64,000 bases of DNA from Felis catus. Its lineage: Eukaryota. Both the position numbers and the translations under genes were made by a program. The DNA lies in NCBI RefSeq assembly GCF_018350175.1, contig NC_058368.1, positions 120,096,001 through 120,160,000 on the forward strand, read 5' to 3'. Of this stretch, positions 63,055 through 64,000 are shown piece after piece; within the stretch, counting starts at the first letter, position 1; each line of letters starts with the position of its first letter. The notes beneath the pieces are model-generated. The model did no database searches. It was not told where the DNA came from and worked only from the letters and a program-made list of their open reading frames with translations.

Positions 63055-63279
63055 GGGGCGCCTGGGTGGCGCAGTCAGTTAAGCGTCCGACTTCAGCCAG
63101 GTCACGATCTCGCGGTCCGGGAGTTCGAGCCCCGCGTCAGGCTCTGGGCTGATGGCTCAGAGCCTGGAGCCTGTTTCCGATTCTGTGTCTCCCTCTCTCT
63201 CTGCCCCTCCCCCGTTCATGCTCTGTCTCTCTCTGTCCCAAAAATAAATAAACGTTGAAAAAAAAAATTAAAAAAAATA
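63055..63279 (+). mobile_element. Very young SINEC_Fc-like SINE
   Basis: CpGs intact; perfect 13-bp TSD tcttaacataaga at 63042-63054 and 63280-63292. Confidence 0.97.
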
Positions 63280-63458
63280 TCTTAACATAAGAAGTTGCTA
63301 CATCTATACGTTGGTGATTTAAAGTGCCTGTATCTTAGTTTTGAATAAATCTACATGTGATATATCCAGATCACTCAAAATTTCCAAGGCTATCATTTGT
63401 TCATTCAACCAACAGAAGCATAAGCTTCTGCTATATATCGCACAGCACGTTACAAATT

Positions 63459-64000
63459 AGGAGAAACAGGAACCCTCTTGAACTGTTGGTGGGAATGCAA
63501 ACTGGTGCAGCCGCTCTGGAAAACAGTGTGGAGGTTCCTAAAAAATTAAAAATAGATCTACCCTATGACCCAGCAATAGCATTGCTAGGAATTTACCCAA
63601 GGGATACAGGAGTGCTGATGCATAGGGGCACTTGTACCCCTATGTTTATAGCAGCACTTTCAACAACAGCCAAATTATGGAAAGAGCCTCAATGTCCATC
63701 AACTGATGAATGGATAAAGAAATTGTAGTTTATATACACAATGGAATACTACTTGGCAATGAGAAAGAATGAAATATGGCCCTTTGTAGCAACGTGGATG
63801 GAACTGGAGAGTGTTATGCTAAGTGAAATAAGTCAAAGAGAGAAAGACAGATACCATATGTTTTTACTCTTATGTGGATCTTGAGAAACTTAATAGAAGT
63901 CCATGGGGGAGGGGAAGAGAAAAAAAAAGGATGTTAGAGAGGGAGGGAGCCAAAGCATAAGAGACTCTTAAAAACTGAAAAACTGAGGGTTGATGGGGAG
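63459..64000 (+). mobile_element. Young 5'-truncated L1_Fc-like element running off the window
   Basis: ORF2 C-terminus KIDLPYDPAIALLGIYP...CTPMFIAALSTTAKLWKEPQCPSTDEWIKKL followed by felid L1 3'UTR. Confidence 0.95.

Overview
Repeat-dense, AT-rich mammalian DNA of cat/felid type (tRNA-derived carnivore Can-SINEs, including young SINEC_Fc-like copies, and L1_Fc-like 3' ends). I found no host protein-coding exon, RNA gene or CRISPR-like array. The ORF track is explained by L1 ORF2 remnants, a decayed transposase, SINE read-through, microsatellites and chance, so this is most likely intronic or intergenic sequence. The most notable objects are: (1) a near full-length pogo/Tigger DNA transposon (16843-19609) with intact TIRs, TA target duplication and a reconstructable DD36D transposase; (2) a 1029-bp solo LTR (48502-49530) with a perfect 6-bp TSD and betaretrovirus/MMTV-like layout; (3) a carnivore L1 that keeps its 5' end but jumps from the 5'UTR directly into ORF2, lacking ORF1; (4) a non-repeat, CpG-retaining, bZIP-motif-rich patch at about 40.7-41.2 kb that may be a promoter or enhancer. 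I cannot support a claim of a new biological system from this sequence alone. Repeat subfamily names are from recall and boundaries of old repeats are approximate.
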